From NCBI GenBank assembly GCA_038087875.1, contig JAXLNO010000395.1, positions 1-64,000 on the forward strand: 64,000 nucleotides of DNA. The letters are read 5' to 3'. This document shows positions 60,614 to 64,000 of this stretch, one piece after another (positions within the stretch are counted from its first letter, which is position 1; every line of letters starts with the position of its first letter). A program made the position numbers and the translations under genes. The notes beneath the pieces are model-generated. The model did no database searches. It saw only the letters and a list, made by a program, of their open reading frames with translations, and was not told where the DNA came from. Source of the stretch: Malacoraja senta (taxonomy: Eukaryota).

Positions 60614-63600
60614 ATGCAAGATAATAGTCGAATAAACACCGGAGGTCTCACTTTTTGTAGTTGGAACATTAGAGGTATGAATGTGCCAATTAAGAGGGGT
60701 AAAATTCTGGCACAATTAAAATCATTAAACATTGATATTGCTTTCCTACAAGAAACGCATTTGAAACAACAAACGCAGATCAGATTAAGGGCAAACTGGA
60801 TAGGTCAAACCTACTTCTCCTCATTCACTTCTAAAGCAAGAGGCACGGTCATTATAATTCGGAAAGGTATACCTTTTATATTAAAGAAGTCTATATCTGA
60901 TAAAGAGGGAAGATACGTTATAGTCACGGGAGAAATTTACAATACACCATTAACTATGATAAATATTTATGCGCCTAATTTTGATAATCCCAAATTTTTA
61001 AAGAAAATAGTAGATATAATTGCAGAGCATAATTATCAAAATATTATAATGGGGGAGATTTTAATTGTGTTATAGACCCATACTTAGATAAATCAATAAA
61101 GGTAGGGAAGCGTCTAGTTAAAACCAAGACCTGTGAATTTTTAAATACTTATATAAAAAATAATCACATAACTGACATTTGGAGAATAGCAAACCCAATT
61201 GGAAGGGAATATTCATTTTACTCATCGCCTCATAAAACTTATTCACGAATTGACTATTTCTTAGTGGATACAAAATTAATCCCGTATACAATTAAACCAT
61301 CATATCATAATAGTATTATTTCCGATCATTCACCACTGACTTTTATACTTAAAATCGAGGGAATGACGGGTATAAAATCTTTTTGGAAATTCAATGCACA
61401 AATATTAAATAACCCGCAGGGTTATGAGTATATAAAAGAACAAACACAATTTTTTTTCGAGACAAATGATACGCCGGGTATTTCTGTATCGCTATTATGG
61501 GAAACCTTTAAGGCATACATTAGCGGTGTTATAATCTCTTATCAAAGTTATCAAAATAAAGAAAATAAAAGAGAACTTCAGAGGATAGAACAGGAAATAA
61601 AATTATTAGAACTGGACAATGCAAGTGACCCAACTATAGATAAACATAATAAGATAACTTTATTGAAATACAAACTCAATAGAATATTATCGGGTAGAGT
61701 AATAAGACTATTCCAAATTACAAAACAGGCACACTTCAAATTTGGGGATAAGCCACATAAATTATTAGCGAGGCAACTGAGGCAACAAGAAAAGGAAAAT
61801 ACTATCACTAAAATTAAATCTGATAAGGGTGAGCTTCTAACATTACCTAAGGATATTAATAAAAGGTTTGCCCAATTTTATCATAATTTATACACAACTA
61901 AAATAAATACAGATGATAGTAAAATTACAAATTTTCTAGATATTTGCAACCTCCCTAAATTGGATAGTTTAGAACAAGAGGAATTAGGAGCACGGATTAC
62001 TAGTGAAGAAATAAAACAAATAATAAACTCATTGAAAATTGGGAAGACCCCAGAACCAGACGGTTTTAGTAATGAATTTTATAAATGCTTTCAGGAGTCA
62101 CTTGTACCAAGATTACTCAACTTATACACGCAGGCTTATACCAAAAATAAACTACCAGAAACTTTAGCAGAATCAACAATAACGCTTATACCAAAAAAAG
62201 ATAAAGATTTAGATGAACCGGGTTCTTACAGAGCTATATCACTTTTAAATACGGATCAGAAAATTTTAGCAAAGATTCTAGCAAGAAGACTGAGTAATTA
62301 TATTAATAAATTGGTAAACCCGGATCAAACGGGATTTATACCCAAAAGACATTCATTTAATAACTTGAGAAGGCTTTTCAATATAATGTACTCTCACAAA
62401 GAGGACATTGAAGATATTTCAGTCGTTACGCTGGATGCAGAGAAGGCATTTGATCAGGTAGAATGGCAGTATTTATACAAGGTACTTGAAAAATTTAATA
62501 CGGGAGAGAATTTTATTAGATGGGTTAAACTACTTTATGATAAACCTACGGCAAGAATATTAACTAACAATAGGTTATTTTCAAAATTTTATTTATCAAG
62601 GGGTAATAGGCAGGGTTGTGCCTTATCACCATTGCTATTTGCCCTTATGATAGAACCGCTGGCTGAAAGGATTAGAAATCATCCGAATATTCACGGATAT
62701 AATACCAAGGACTCAAAGAATAAAATTTCATTATATGCTGATGATATTCTTTTATATATTACTAATACACAAACGAGTATTCCCACCTTATTAACACTAA
62801 TTGAGGAATTTGGTTCTTTTTCAGGATATAGAATAAACTGGAATAAAAGCGAAATCATGTCTTTAAAACCACAGGATGCGAGACACTTATTAAAATTCCC
62901 TTTCAAAATTGCAACAGAAAAATTCAAGTATTTAGGTATTCAAATTACGAGAAGACACAAATCATTATTTAGCGCCAATTTTATGCCACTATTAAATAAA
63001 TTGAATGTTATGATTAAATTTTGGAAAAAACGCTCCCACTCATTGATAGGTAGAATTAATGCTATAAAAATGACTTTCTTACCACAATTAATATATTTGT
63101 TTCAAGCGATCCCAATATATATTCCGAAATATTTTTTCAAAAAACTAGATTCTAATATCACTAATTTTATATGGGATTATAGAGCACACAGAATTCAACG
63201 AAAGCATTTGTGTAAACCTAAAGAAGCTGGGGGTTTATCACTACCTAACTTTACATATTACTACTGGGCAGTGCATATTAAGAACATAATGTACTGGTTG
63301 GATAGTTCCACTCACCAGTCGCAGTGGATAAGAATGGAAAAAGAGGAGTGTTTCCCGTACGATATAGGAACGATCTTGTTCTCACCAATAAAATTGAAAA
63401 GTATAATATATAAGAAGAACCCAATTATTCACAATACAATAAGAATTTGGAAACAAATAAAATTATCCTTGAAATTAAATAATCTATCAGTATTAACCCC
63501 AATTCTGAATAATCCTGCATTCAAACCATCTCTTATCGACATAACATATACACAATGGGATAGATTGGGGATTGGGAAAGTAGATATGTATGAACTGGGC

Positions 63601-64000
63601 AAATTGTTATCATTTCAACAATTAAAATTAAAATTTAAACGGAATGATAATCAATATTTTAAATATATACAGATATGTGACTTTATGAAGAAATATATAC
63701 ATAGATCTCAAACTATATTTTTAGACCCTTTAGAAGCAATGAATATTAAGGCTGATTCAGAAAAACTAATATCATATTTTTATAATAGTATATTAAATAG
63801 AGAATTACCCTCAACAGAGGCACTAAGAGAAGATTGGGAACATGAACTAATGTTAAAGATCCCGAAAGATAAATGGGAAAAGTATCTGATGAATACACAT
63901 AATTGTTGCATTAATGCAAGACATAATTTAATTCAATTTAAATTATTACATAGACTATATTATTCAAAAACGAGGTTGAATAAATTTTACCCAAATGTCT
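60614..64000 (+). CDS. L1 ORF2p (AP endonuclease plus reverse transcriptase), one frameshift at ~61052, partial at the 3' end
   Basis: SWNIRG..FLQETHL..NIYAPN, GDFN (1-bp deletion), YSRIDYF, SDHSP, YRAISLLNTDQKILAK, LDAEKAFD, RQGCALSPLLF, YADD. Frame 1 appears open from about 61054 to the window end. Confidence 0.93.

Larger units (their letters stand above)
57916..64000 (+). mobile_element. L1 LINE, near full length, running off the window edge
   Basis: 5' start GACTTCCGGTGGCTGCTATG, then ORF1, an AT-rich spacer and ORF2 (APE plus RT). Confidence 0.96.

Overview
Eukaryotic, gene-poor, repeat-dominated vertebrate DNA. The repeat inventory (V-SINEs with CR1-derived tails, abundant CR1 LINEs, Penelope-like elements) suggests a cartilaginous fish, probably a skate or ray; this is an inference. 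No intact host protein-coding gene is recognisable; there is one candidate minus-strand, probably non-coding exon at about 10.55-10.83 kb. The window is a deeply nested stack of transposons. It holds two DIRS1-type tyrosine-recombinase retrotransposons in opposite orientation (22.8-27.1 kb, +; 31.2-35.7 kb, -) with ITR/ICR termini and a DNA adenine methylase-like domain. It also holds a non-autonomous Helitron, three Mag-type Gypsy remnants, two hAT transposons with TIRs and 8-bp TSDs, a Harbinger MITE, a Jerky-like pogo fossil, Tx1 and HERO/RLE fragments and a young, near-intact L1 running off the right edge. Many Penelope-derived terminal repeats carry a minimal hammerhead-ribozyme motif. 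The most interesting signals are: (i) paired splice donors and acceptors conserved in the leader of both DIRS elements, plus an acceptor just before the recombinase ORF, suggesting splicing-controlled expression; (ii) a DIRS copy with near-pristine termini but ruined ORFs, a probable non-autonomous subfamily; (iii) a dispersed family of hammerhead-bearing, fold-back Penelope derivatives; (iv) a 340-bp local genomic segment copied into a CR1 insertion.
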